A stretch of 31,008 nucleotides of DNA, taken from positions 1-31,008 of IMG/VR virus record IMGVR_UViG_3300020042_007756; one strand, 5' to 3'. Both the position numbers and the translations under genes were made by a program. Positions within the stretch are counted from its first letter, which is position 1. The number at the start of each line of letters is the position of its first letter. The notes beneath the pieces were generated by a model. The model was not told where the DNA came from. It worked only from the letters and a program-made list of their open reading frames with translations, and did no database searches. Source of the DNA: a virus. Its lineage: Duplodnaviria > Caudoviricetes. This document shows, one piece after another, positions 6,505 to 17,100 of the stretch.

Positions 6505-7687
6505 AGGTAATAGAATTTTAGATGAGATGCTTGCATCAAACCACAGATTCATTTTAAATGTAGGTGGTTCTCGTTCTGGTAAGACCTATGCAATTTTACA
6601 GTATATTCTGATATATTGTTTAAGAAACAAAGATAAGATTATTACAATTGCTCGTAAGACATTTCCTTCTTTAAGATTAGGTGCTTACAGAGAATTTGTT
6701 GAGATGTTAAAAACATATGGTATCTACAAAGAAGAGAACCACAATAAAACAAATAACTTCTACAACCTAAATGATAACACAGTTCAGTTTATATCATTAG
6801 ACCAAGCAATTAAGTTAAGAGGTTTAAGACACGACTTAGTTTTTATAGATGAGGTTAATGAGATAGATAAAGATGAAGCTGACCAACTCTTTATGAGAAC
6901 AGGTGAAAAGATTCTAATGGCTCAAAATCCATCTGATGCCCTTCACTGGTCTTTAAAACTAAAAGCAAATGAAGATTGCCTTTACTTACATTCAACTTAT
7001 GTTGATAATCCTTTTCTACCTCAAGCAATTGTAAATCAGATTGAAAGTTATAAACTAACTGATGAAGACTTATGGCAGATTTATGGTTTAGGCATACCAG
7101 CTAAAAACAATGAGTTAGTTTATAATCATCAACAATTCTTTACAGAAGAAGATTTAACTATAACTGATTCAGATAATAACACACACAATTTATTTGATGA
7201 GATTATATGGGGATTAGATTTTGGTTATAATCACCCGACTGCACTTGTAAAGATATGGGTTAATGTTAATAAGAGAATAATCTGGTGTAAAGAAATCATA
7301 CATCAGTCTTACTTAACTACTAATGACTTGATAACTTTAATGAAAGATTTAGATATAACAGGTAGAGTTTATTGTGATTCTGCTGAACCTAAAACTATTG
7401 AAGAGATTAAAAGAGCTGGCTTTGATGCAGTCAATTCAATGAAAGAAGTTAAAGAAGGTATAGATTGTATCAAAGGTCAAAACTTCTTTATACACAGAGA
7501 GTCAGTTAAAACTTTAGAAGAACTAAGAAGATATAAGTGGAAGATGAAAGGTGATATCAAAACAGATGAACCAATTAAACTATTCGATGATGCACTTTGT
7601 GCTATTAGGTATGCAACATTTACATACTTAACAAAAACTAACAGAGCCAATCAATATGATTTTGATATGGAGTGGATTGATTTATGA
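6488..7687 (+). CDS. terL: Terminase large subunit, PBSX/SPP1-like
   Basis: Walker A GGSRSGKT, Walker B VFIDE, STYVDNPFL, nuclease motifs GLDFGY and YCDSAEP. Confidence 0.95.
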   Translation: MKLEIEGNRILDEMLASNHRFILNVGGSRSGKTYAILQYILIYCLRNKDKIITIARKTFPSLRLGAYREFVEMLKTYGIYKEENHNKTNNFYNLNDNTVQFISLDQAIKLRGLRHDLVFIDEVNEIDKDEADQLFMRTGEKILMAQNPSDALHWSLKLKANEDCLYLHSTYVDNPFLPQAIVNQIESYKLTDEDLWQIYGLGIPAKNNELVYNHQQFFTEEDLTITDSDNNTHNLFDEIIWGLDFGYNHPTALVKIWVNVNKRIIWCKEIIHQSYLTTNDLITLMKDLDITGRVYCDSAEPKTIEEIKRAGFDAVNSMKEVKEGIDCIKGQNFFIHRESVKTLEELRRYKWKMKGDIKTDEPIKLFDDALCAIRYATFTYLTKTNRANQYDFDMEWIDL

Positions 7688-7884
7688 GTAAAAACATAAT
7701 AAGAAAGATTCTTTTCTCATCAGATAAAATTCAACTTGAAGTTATTAACATAACTGTTGGTGATTGTAAGATGAAAAAGTATAGAGAGATTAGAACTGAA
7801 GATGGTGAGATAGAAGTCTTAGAACACAAATCTATACCTAACTGGTATCTCAGAGATTTAAAACTAAAAGCTTTAGGTTTATGA
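7684..7884 (+). CDS. Hypothetical protein
   Basis: 66-aa ORF, ATGA-coupled to TerL. Confidence 0.65.
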   Translation: MSKNIIRKILFSSDKIQLEVINITVGDCKMKKYREIRTEDGEIEVLEHKSIPNWYLRDLKLKALGL

Positions 7885-8015
7885 CGGCCAGTATATTAAA
7901 AGTGTTCTTTATAAATGGAACTGCTGAAAACATAAGTGTTGAATCATATTACAGAGCAAAGAAAAGAAGACAAAAAATAAAAAAACTTTATGAAAACACC
8001 AAACAGTTGGAATGA
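7881..8015 (+). CDS. Small hypothetical protein (44 aa, MTASILKVFF...KQLE), absent from the ORF track
   Basis: ATGA overlap at 7881-7884; fills the gap before 7990. Confidence 0.5.
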   Translation: MTASILKVFFINGTAENISVESYYRAKKRRQKIKKLYENTKQLE

Positions 8016-8634
8016 TATCACGGTCGGTCAATATCAAGAACTACTATTAGTAGAAACAGAAAACAAAATAAGTCAGTCTATAGAAAAGATTGCAATAATT
8101 TGTGATTGTGACCCAGAAGACATTAGAGCCTTACCTTATGGTGAGTATTTAAAATTAAGTGAAAAGTTAAGTTTTATAGATGTTGAACCTAAAGGTGAAG
8201 TAGAAACAAAATTAGAGATTGATGGTATAGTTTATGGTTTAGAACCTGAGATGAACTTAATGTCAGCAGGTGTATTCACTGATGGTGAACAATTTAAACA
8301 AGACCCTATTGTAAATTTACATCTAACACTGGCTCTTATTTATAGACCTATAACTAAAGACTTAGATGATAGTTATGAGATTGAACCACATAAAGCACAG
8401 GGATTTGAAAAAAGAGCAAATCTCTTTAGAGATAGACTAAGTATACAGACCGTGTTAGGTGCCTGTCTTTTTTTTTCGACTCTCGGAATAGAATTATCAA
8501 TAATTTCTCTGGAATCTTTCAACACAATGATGAAGGAGGAAGTTCAGACGATGACGACAGCGATGACCCCAACACCTACGAAGACGCGCAAGCAGAAGCG
8601 TTCCAAAAAAGGTGGGGTCTCTACCACACAATAG
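7990..8634 (+). CDS. Tail assembly chaperone (gpG-like, zero-frame product)
   Basis: P.SW.DITVGQYQ N-terminus; slippery T9 run in the LFF codons. Confidence 0.65.
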   Translation: MKTPNSWNDITVGQYQELLLVETENKISQSIEKIAIICDCDPEDIRALPYGEYLKLSEKLSFIDVEPKGEVETKLEIDGIVYGLEPEMNLMSAGVFTDGEQFKQDPIVNLHLTLALIYRPITKDLDDSYEIEPHKAQGFEKRANLFRDRLSIQTVLGACLFFSTLGIELSIISLESFNTMMKEEVQTMTTAMTPTPTKTRKQKRSKKGGVSTTQ

Positions 8635-8750
8635 TAAAGTTAGCTGATGGTGATTTACTAAAAGTTCAATTAATTTATGAGCTGTCAATAATTACTGTTT
8701 TAAATCACATATCTTACTTGGCATCAGGTGGTCAGAAAAAAACAATCTAA
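7990..8750 (+). CDS. Tail assembly chaperone gpGT-like -1 frameshift product
   Basis: T TTT TTT at 8469-8475; -1 frame open from 8475 to TAA 8748-8750 (...FQKRWGLYHTIVKLADGDLLKV...). Confidence 0.7.
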
Positions 8751-8766
8751 AAGAACTTAAACATAT
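8738..8766 (+). promoter_or_regulatory. Phage promoter-like motif AAAAACA-N16-ACATAT
   Basis: ATG 8772 lies 5 nt downstream. Confidence 0.75.
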
Positions 8767-8771
8767 CAAGT

Positions 8772-9260
8772 ATGAGTATTCAATATCTATCACAGAACGG
8801 AATGAACACTGTTTTTAATCAGTGGTCTACTACTGACCCTAACATACTACAATATGGATTCGGTCAACTCTATAATGAAAATGGCGAGGCTAAAGTAAAC
8901 CAAGTTTATCCTGGTTTATGGGTTAATCCTACACAAACACAAGTCACTTCAGATTACGCAATTCAAAGAAACTACCAGATACTTATCTACGATTTAGTTT
9001 TTATTGCGGCAGATGGAACTTCTAATCAAAACAAGATCATTTCCGACTGTGAAGAAATAGCATTTAGATTAATTAGATTCTTAAAATTAAAGTCAGAGGT
9101 TTTTGATGTTATTAGTATACCTAATATTCAACCTTTCTCTGACCGTTGGTTAGATTCAGTTTCTGGTGTGATTATAGATATTCAAATTATCTTTAACGGA
9201 GAGTCATCAGATTGTGATGATCCTGACTATTCTTTTAACATAAAAACTAACGAGATATAA
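8772..9260 (+). CDS. Putative tail completion/terminator protein
   Basis: Size, acidity, YPGLWV and PFSDRW...SG motifs, structural-gene context. Confidence 0.5.
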   Translation: MSIQYLSQNGMNTVFNQWSTTDPNILQYGFGQLYNENGEAKVNQVYPGLWVNPTQTQVTSDYAIQRNYQILIYDLVFIAADGTSNQNKIISDCEEIAFRLIRFLKLKSEVFDVISIPNIQPFSDRWLDSVSGVIIDIQIIFNGESSDCDDPDYSFNIKTNEI

Positions 9261-11104
9261 TGGCACAAAAAAAAGTAGGCTTTTCTAACACCAGTAACAT
9301 ACAAGGCGATAAGTTGATAATCAACAACGGCTTGACTTCATCATTTAATTTAAATTACAATGGTGCAAACTCTTTAACTTTCTCTTTACCAACGGCTGAT
9401 GGTGCTTCAGGTTATGCACTTATCACAAATGGTGCAGGACAATTAAGTTTTGGAACTGTATCATCGGCTGGTAATGTTCAAGTTAACTCAGGTTCAGGTT
9501 CTGCACCTAAACACGCATATTGGACTGGTAGTCAATCTTTAAGTTCATCTTTATTAGAAGAAGGTTCAGGTCAATTACTATTTCCTTCAGGAACTACTGC
9601 ATCACCTGGTATCTCTTTCTTATTAGATACAGACACAGGTTTAAGAAGACCTACTGCAAATCAAGTTGCTATTGTTGGTAACTCACAAGACTTAGCAAGA
9701 TTTAGTTCAGCTGGTGTTCAGATTGGTCAGATTACTTATACTGCAGTTGATGGTCCTCAAAACTATGTTTTAGCAACTGATGGTTTAGGAACTACATTCT
9801 GGGTTGAAAACATTATAGGAGCAACTGGACCGACTGGTGCTACTGGTTTATATCCTGTCTCAGGTTATTCACCTAACTCAAATCAAATCATATTCACAAT
9901 GAACAACGGAGCAACTATCTCTGTTACAGGTTCATTTGCTGGAACTTCAGGTTCTTCAGGAACATCTGGCTCAAGTGGTTCATCTGGAACAACAGGAACT
10001 TCAGGGACATCTGGTTTTAATGGAGCTACTGGACCTGCTGGTGGTGGTTCATCAGGAACATCTGGTTCTTCAGGAACATCTGGTTCAAGTGGTTCATCAG
10101 GTCAGAACGGTTCAAGTGGTTCATCAGGTCAGAATGGCTCATCGGGAACAACAGGAACTTCTGGCTCAAGTGGTAGTTCTGGTTCAAGTGGTTCATCAGG
10201 AACTTCAGGAACTTCAGGTTCTTCAGGTCAAAATGGTTCATCTGGTTCTTCAGGCACAAGAGGAACATCAGGAACAAGTGGTATAATAGATGCGACCTTT
10301 ATAGATGGTTGGTTAAACAGTGCTTCTTATTCAACTCAGATAAATGCTTTAACTCAAAGTTCTAATTTCTCTGCAACAAATGTCTTTACAGGAACTATAA
10401 CAAACACTTTTCAAGGTCAAAGATATTTTGAATCACCTTATGTTTATGATGCGACTGGTGATAATCAATGGATTAGAACTTTAGTTGGTGGTGTTGTAGG
10501 TGCTACTGGCGCAACTGGCTCTGGAACCTCTGGAACATCAGGTCAAAATGGTTCTTCAGGAACATCAGGTCAAAATGGTTCTTCAGGAACATCAGGTTCT
10601 ATTGGCGCAACTGGTTCAACCGGAACATCTGGCACCTCAGGTCAGAATGGTTCTTCAGGAACTTCAGGTTCTATTGGTGCCGTTGGTGCAACTGGTTCAA
10701 CCGGAACATCTGGCACATCAGGTGTTAGTGGTTCTCAAAACTTACAAACGACTTTAGCAAACGGTAATACCAGTGGGACCTATTCAATTGCTTTGGATTT
10801 TTATATACAAGCTGACCCTGTTGTAAGCACCTCAGTAACCGGAGTTTTTACACAAAGTTTAAGTGCGAATATGTTCTTCTACACTCTTACAGGTAACACA
10901 ACATTTGGCTACAGCAATCCAACATATTCTATTTATAACTTTTTTGTCAAAGCAGGCACATACACATTTGATTTGAATTCAACGGCAAATTGGCTTACGC
11001 CAGGTGCTACTGCAATATCTGCGACAGGATCATTTTTGATGAGTATGGCTTATGATGGAACAGATATGTGGCTAACTTCGATTAAAAACTTCCAAACCTA
11101 CTAA
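9260..11104 (+). CDS. Fibre-like protein with Gly-X-Y (GSS/GTS) repeats
   Basis: LPTADG..GYALITNGAGQLSF fibre motif; two G-S/T-S tracts; C-terminal domain paralogous to that of 29119..30303. Confidence 0.75.
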   Translation: MAQKKVGFSNTSNIQGDKLIINNGLTSSFNLNYNGANSLTFSLPTADGASGYALITNGAGQLSFGTVSSAGNVQVNSGSGSAPKHAYWTGSQSLSSSLLEEGSGQLLFPSGTTASPGISFLLDTDTGLRRPTANQVAIVGNSQDLARFSSAGVQIGQITYTAVDGPQNYVLATDGLGTTFWVENIIGATGPTGATGLYPVSGYSPNSNQIIFTMNNGATISVTGSFAGTSGSSGTSGSSGSSGTTGTSGTSGFNGATGPAGGGSSGTSGSSGTSGSSGSSGQNGSSGSSGQNGSSGTTGTSGSSGSSGSSGSSGTSGTSGSSGQNGSSGSSGTRGTSGTSGIIDATFIDGWLNSASYSTQINALTQSSNFSATNVFTGTITNTFQGQRYFESPYVYDATGDNQWIRTLVGGVVGATGATGSGTSGTSGQNGSSGTSGQNGSSGTSGSIGATGSTGTSGTSGQNGSSGTSGSIGAVGATGSTGTSGTSGVSGSQNLQTTLANGNTSGTYSIALDFYIQADPVVSTSVTGVFTQSLSANMFFYTLTGNTTFGYSNPTYSIYNFFVKAGTYTFDLNSTANWLTPGATAISATGSFLMSMAYDGTDMWLTSIKNFQTY

Positions 11105-12189
11105 TGAGTAGACTTGTAATAAAACATAACGGTAAGATACCTCTGATTAGTGAGAGTTATAATAAGATAGGTGAGTGGCCTAAACCTTATGGTATCGGTA
11201 TGTTAGTAACTTTAGATGTTGAAACAACATACTCAAATGTTGTATGGTCTACAGGTGGTAACACTTTTACTGCGTCTCAATTTAATATTGCAAACAACGG
11301 TGTTTCTGGTGGAGCTGCTACTGCTATACAACCATTAGCAATTGCCTTTAGTTCTGCAATTAATAGATTTGTAACCTTTGGTGGTGTTTCAAGTCCTCTG
11401 CCATTTGTAATGTATTCAGATAACCTTTTGACTTGGGCTACTGCTTCCCATGCTTATTCAGCTGGACAACGAGGATACGATATAGATTACTCACCATCTT
11501 TGAATATGTTTGTAGCTGTAGGTGAGAATAAACCACAATATTCTACAACAGGTATAGGATGGACTTTATCAACATCTACAATGGGAACTATTTGGAGAAA
11601 TGTTAAGTGGATTGATGGTATAAGTAAGTTTATTGTTAGTAATATTAGTTCATCACCTTACTTTGCATCATCTACTGATGGTATAAATTGGACTACATCA
11701 ACTGCTGTTCCTTTGCTTGATGTAGCCTACTCAGATAATTTAGGTAGATTAGTAGGTGTTGGTAATAAATTTGGAGCAGATATTGCATTCAGTGATGATT
11801 CAGGTTCTACTTGGACTTACATAACTCAAAGTTTTGCTTCATTTACAGACACACGAAAAGATACTATCGCTTACTCACCACAATTAGACCTTTTTGTAAT
11901 TGCTGGTTTAGGAACAGGTTCAAATCCTTTTGCTACTAATAAATATTTTACATCTAAAACAGGTTTGACTTGGTCAGAAGTATCAGGTGCTACAAATAGT
12001 TGGAATCATATTAATTGGTCTAACGAGATGGAACAATTCTGGATTACACCACAATCTAATTATGATTTTGCAAGAAGTTATGCTTACTCATCTGATGGTG
12101 TGAACTGGGCGACTGCAAGTATTGAGGCTGGTTCTTTAACATCAGGAACTGCTTTAAAAATGATTACTACTAAAAACATCTTTATCTGA
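11104..12189 (+). CDS. BNR/Asp-box beta-propeller-like protein, candidate receptor-binding protein
   Basis: Repeated S.DG..W and IAYSP motifs; TAATG-coupled to the fibre gene. Confidence 0.65.
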   Translation: MSRLVIKHNGKIPLISESYNKIGEWPKPYGIGMLVTLDVETTYSNVVWSTGGNTFTASQFNIANNGVSGGAATAIQPLAIAFSSAINRFVTFGGVSSPLPFVMYSDNLLTWATASHAYSAGQRGYDIDYSPSLNMFVAVGENKPQYSTTGIGWTLSTSTMGTIWRNVKWIDGISKFIVSNISSSPYFASSTDGINWTTSTAVPLLDVAYSDNLGRLVGVGNKFGADIAFSDDSGSTWTYITQSFASFTDTRKDTIAYSPQLDLFVIAGLGTGSNPFATNKYFTSKTGLTWSEVSGATNSWNHINWSNEMEQFWITPQSNYDFARSYAYSSDGVNWATASIEAGSLTSGTALKMITTKNIFI

Positions 12190-12659
12190 TGAACGACCAA
12201 TTAATATTATTACTTCAACAAGCAAAAGCACAATGGGGTATCGAAACAGTTCAAGCAATTATAGCTAAGATAAATGAAGAAGGTTTAATCTTTCAATCTA
12301 ATTTAGTCAACTCAATTGGCTTTAATCAAGATGATACACTTGATGGTAATATTACATTTAAGATGATTGACTATGGTAAGTTCTTAGACGAAGGTGTGAA
12401 CGGAACTCTAACTAATGTAGGTTCTCAGTTCTCATTCAAAGGTAATTGGAAAGGAACTGCACTTGCAATCAAAGAGTGGGCTGATTCTAAAGGTCTAAAT
12501 AACTGGGTTTTAGGTCATTCAATTCAAAAGAAAGGTATAAAACCGAGAGGATTCTTTAACTCAGTTGTTGAATCAAGAATTCCTAATTTAGCAGCTAATT
12601 TAAATACAGCTTACCAAACTTATCTAAATAACATGATAAACAATCAACTAAACGCATAA
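12189..12659 (+). CDS. Putative neck/tail completion protein (HK97 gp10-like)
   Basis: DYGKFLDEG...KKGIKPRGFF motifs. Confidence 0.55.
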   Translation: MNDQLILLLQQAKAQWGIETVQAIIAKINEEGLIFQSNLVNSIGFNQDDTLDGNITFKMIDYGKFLDEGVNGTLTNVGSQFSFKGNWKGTALAIKEWADSKGLNNWVLGHSIQKKGIKPRGFFNSVVESRIPNLAANLNTAYQTYLNNMINNQLNA

Positions 12660-12664
12660 CATAT
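12636..12664 (+). promoter_or_regulatory. Phage promoter-like motif ATAAACA-N16-ACATAT
   Basis: 16-nt spacing; upstream of ATG 12685. Confidence 0.7.
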
Positions 12665-12684
12665 TCTATAAAGAAAGAATATAA

Positions 12685-14133
12685 ATGGCTATCACAATTA
12701 TAAAGAACTTAACTCAAAACAAGTTTTATCCTTCAGCAAATCCTATAAATGTTACAGTTGATTCTAATAATTCAGGTAAGTGTAATTTTAGATTCATTTG
12801 TGATGTCTACATAAACAACATCAAAGTTTTTACAACTAAGATTTTTCCTGACCCAATATCAGGTTATGGTTTCTTTCAACTTAGTAGAGTCTTAACTGAT
12901 TATGTTAAAACAGAAATTAATAAAGTTTCTTATACATCAGTCTTAAACTCAGGAGCTTCAACAACTGCGCCTTCATCTTCTTTTTTGATACAATTTAAAT
13001 TTGGTGAAGAATATGACAATACTGCTACTTGTGATGGTGACATCTTACAATATACTAATTTGTCGACTTCAAACTCAGCATACCTTTTTGAGGCAGCAAT
13101 TGACTACGAAGAGTTTCCTACTTTTAATGCGACTAATTACTTAATTGGAACACAGTCAGCTGAAACTCTTTTTCTTACTAATGTAAAAAGAGAACTTGAT
13201 ATTACTTACAACGAACCTTATTCACTTGATTTTATATCACTTATAAGTTTTGGAACTGCTTCATCAGTTGAGTTTAAAGCCTACAACTATACAGGTGGTT
13301 TTACACAATCTAATTTTACAAACGCACTTGGTTCTAAAAAAAGATTTAGAATTGCTTGCGGACCTATAGACATTAATAGAATAGTAGGCACACCGATTAT
13401 AAATCCCCTTATAGATTATTATACAATAAGATTACTATATAACGGGATTGGTGTGTCTGAGACATTTAGATTCAATGTTAGGGGGCCTAAAGTCTTTTCA
13501 ACACGAATAGCTTTTGTAGGTCTATTAGGTGGTATAGAACACTTTACTTTTTATCATAGAAGAAAAAATGCCTACCAAATAGAAAGAAAAGAATTTAAAA
13601 AACTTCTTAACTCTAATTATAGTGGTGATTGGTCTTATCAAGTAGGTGACCGTGGTTCAAGTGTGTATGGTGTAAATGCTCAATCAGTTCATAATGTAAG
13701 TTCATTTTGCACACGAGGTGATACAGACTGGTTGTATGAGATGTGGCTTTCTAAAGCTGTCTTTACTTACAAAAGACCCGAGTTGTTTTCATTTAGACCT
13801 TACCAAGATGGTTTGTATGTTAATTTCTGGGTAGATGGTGAACACGGTTTCGAAGTAGGTGATACTTTATTTGCTTTTACTGAGAACTCGGATTTCAATG
13901 ACGACTTTACTGTTACTTCTGTATCAGGCAACATTGTAAATTGTAATTTACTTTGGTCTGTTTATGGAGCAACTGTGCCTGGAACTTGTGGTTTTATTCA
14001 TAAGAACGCAGCTTGGCAAATCTTACCTATAGTTATTTCAGATAATTCAATTGAAGTAAAACAAAAAACCGAAAGGCCAATAGAATATGCTTTGAATTAT
14101 CAAATGGCTTACTCTAAAACAACACTTAGATAA
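12685..14133 (+). CDS. Tail structural protein (distal tail/baseplate-like)
   Basis: 482 aa, beta-rich, F..LLGGIEHFTF motif, coupled to the large tail gene. Confidence 0.55.
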   Translation: MAITIIKNLTQNKFYPSANPINVTVDSNNSGKCNFRFICDVYINNIKVFTTKIFPDPISGYGFFQLSRVLTDYVKTEINKVSYTSVLNSGASTTAPSSSFLIQFKFGEEYDNTATCDGDILQYTNLSTSNSAYLFEAAIDYEEFPTFNATNYLIGTQSAETLFLTNVKRELDITYNEPYSLDFISLISFGTASSVEFKAYNYTGGFTQSNFTNALGSKKRFRIACGPIDINRIVGTPIINPLIDYYTIRLLYNGIGVSETFRFNVRGPKVFSTRIAFVGLLGGIEHFTFYHRRKNAYQIERKEFKKLLNSNYSGDWSYQVGDRGSSVYGVNAQSVHNVSSFCTRGDTDWLYEMWLSKAVFTYKRPELFSFRPYQDGLYVNFWVDGEHGFEVGDTLFAFTENSDFNDDFTVTSVSGNIVNCNLLWSVYGATVPGTCGFIHKNAAWQILPIVISDNSIEVKQKTERPIEYALNYQMAYSKTTLR

Positions 14134-17100
14134 TGAAGACAGAGTTAATAATTTATCACAGACCATTTTCAAACATATTAGCGACACCGAATGAACCTGC
14201 TTTAGGTTTAGCGACGAGTTCAACTTTTGTTTATGATTTGAAATCAAATATAAATCAACCTTACACAAAGTCTTTTCAAGAAATTATAAGACCTAACTCT
14301 AACTCTACAGGTGGTGTTTCGCTTGATTTATATGACAATGTTCCTTTACCTATAAACTTTACAATAACCGATGTAAGAGAGCCAGAAAAAAGTAAAACTA
14401 ACTGGTCTAAGACTATCACTATACCTGGCACACAAAACAACAACAGAATCTTTGACCACATCTATGAACTCGGAGCTGATGGTTGGGTTACAATAGGCCA
14501 AACATCTGTGTATGAAGGTTTTAATCCCAACTTAAGATTACAATGTATTATTAACAATGATGGTGTTCAAGTAACAAGAGGTAATCTGCAACTTAAAAAG
14601 ATTACAAGAGATTACAATGGTAACATAGAATATGAAATAAGTATTACTGGTGACCTTACATCTTTGTTTTATGACTTAGGCACATCTAAACTTTCTGACT
14701 TAGATTTATCTGAGTGGAATCATACTTGGACTAAAGACAATATAGAAAAATCTTGGCTCGGTGAATCAGTTTATAACGGTGCGACTTTTAACTCAATAGT
14801 CTCATCAGGTCAAAAAACAATTAGTAGGATATTTAGTTCTACACAAACAGGTAGATTGTCTTTTCAAACATCTACATCTCATAGTTTAACTGAAGGCACT
14901 TATGTTAAGATACAACCTGACTTGACTGTAAATGCAAACTTTATGCAAATAGCAGGTGAGTGGCAGGTAACAGATGTAATCTCATCAACACAATTCTCTG
15001 TAAATTACTTTTATCCAGTAGGTCTTATAACTGGTGGATACACTGGCACATTAGGAACTATTGTAAGAAGAACTGCTTCTGGTAGAGGTTATGTTTATCC
15101 TATGATAAGTTGGGGTGATGAGTATGATTACAACTCTTTTCCTGTGACCAGTTTTATACCTGGTATCTATATTAAAGAGATTTGGGACAAGATATTCAAA
15201 GAAACGAACTCATCATACACTTCAACTTTTTTAAACAGTCAGTTCTTTAAAAGACTAATCTTAATACAAAAGAAATCAGGCTATGAATTAGATGTTGAAA
15301 ATTATAAACAAAAAAAGTTCTGGGTTGGTTCAACTCAGTCTTTTACAACAGGCGCTTCTTACTTAGGAACATCTGAATACTTTTTCACACAAGTTGGAAC
15401 GACATCAACAGCAACAGCTTCAATATTTCCTTCGATTACACCTAAACATTTTCCGTTTGAATCTGAGTCTGGTAGTTTCGGCACAGTCAGTTTTTATGAT
15501 AATGCTATTACAGCTTCTGGTTCTTATGGTAACTGGGATAACACAACTTACAAATGGAAAGTTTCAGACACTGGTGAATATGATTTACAAGCTTCTATAA
15601 AACTTACAGGTTTTTGTGATATGAATGGATTTGGTGGAACATCAATAGGCACAGGCACAAGTAGTTTTAACACCTCTATATACAGATATTATCCTGGTTC
15701 AGGTGGTGAAGTATATACCAACGCATTTACTTCAGGTCCACAACCTTATGCGTCTATAGATCCTTATATTTTTGGTATGCAAGTTCGAGCTACTATACAA
15801 AGATTAAGAGATGGTGTAGTTACAAAGATTGGTGAAAGTCAAATAGACTTTAAAATGAATAACCAATCATATTGGACACCTACAAACGAGAACTGGGCTT
15901 ACTTTGGTAGATATCAACCTGCTGGTTGGAAAAATCAAGAACTCAATGTTACATCAACTTCTAAATACTTTAAACAAAATGATGAAGTTTGGATTGAGCT
16001 AAGTCAAATAGTTGGTGCTTACGCAGGCCCACCAGCCTTTTTTCCTACACTCGGTAGAAAAGCATCATTTTGTTTTAATCAATCAGGTGGTCCAGAAATT
16101 GCAAAAGGGGTAGTTGGTGAATGGTATTTGAAAGTTGAAAGTCAAAGTTATATCTTCAACAACCCTTCGCCTAAAACAGTTGAAGGTGGTCTTCTTTCAA
16201 TGTCTAATGTTTTACCGAAGGATATGGATTGTAAAGATTTTCTTTTAGGTATAATCAAAATGTTTAACCTTCATATTGAAGCAGATAGAGATAGTGATAA
16301 GAGATACACAATTGAACCAAGAGATGATTACTATTATTCTGGTTCAACTTCTTCTCAGTTAGTAGACTGGTCTTCTAAATTAGATACAACATCAGTAGAG
16401 ATTACACCTATGGGTGAGTTGATTGCTAAATATTATATCTTTGAAAATAAAGAAGAAAGTGATTACTGGAATCAAAAATATAAAAACGAAAGAGGTAGAC
16501 CTTATCAATATTATAATAGAGAAATCAACAATGACTTCTTAAAGAACGAAAACAAAATCACATTACCTTTTGGTTCTACTGTGATGATTAATAATCCTGA
16601 AGGTTCAGATGTTGTTATACCAGCGATTTATGCTCGTGAAGCCAATGGTTCGCCTAAGCCGGTATCTAATAGTGCGCCACGCATTCTTATATGGGGTGGT
16701 ATGAGACCTTACTCAGCACAAAGAGGTGGTGCAAGAATACAATTACAAAACTCTTACTTTCCTAATGCTTATGGTTGGGAAATCTTATCAGGTTCTAATT
16801 CAACTATCATATCAGCATCTTCTTCTATATACTCACAATATCCTTATGCAGGAACTGTTGATTCACCAGCAGATCCTATAAGAGATATAAACTGGTATAA
16901 TATGGAAGTTGGTGACTTTGTTTATTATGATAATGCCAGATGGACTAATGAGAATCTTTACAATAAGTATTGGTCTAATTTTATAAACGAAATATCAGAT
17001 CCTACCTCAAAAGTAATCAATTGTAAGTTAGTCTTAACACCGAGTGATATATCTAATTTAGACTTTAGAAAGATTTATGTGATTGATGGTCATTGGCTTA

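Noticed and set aside
7585-7616. TerL DDALCAIRYA lacks the Asp of the usual H..DA.RY motif, suggesting a dead nuclease
   Set aside because: The adjacent DD can supply the acidic ligand, as in terminases with a DD motif; other motifs are intact
9936-10757. Alternative-frame and antisense ORFs over the GSS repeats (also 28800-29911)
   Set aside because: Shadow frames of the triplet repeats (VLQEHLVQ- and MNHLN-type translations)
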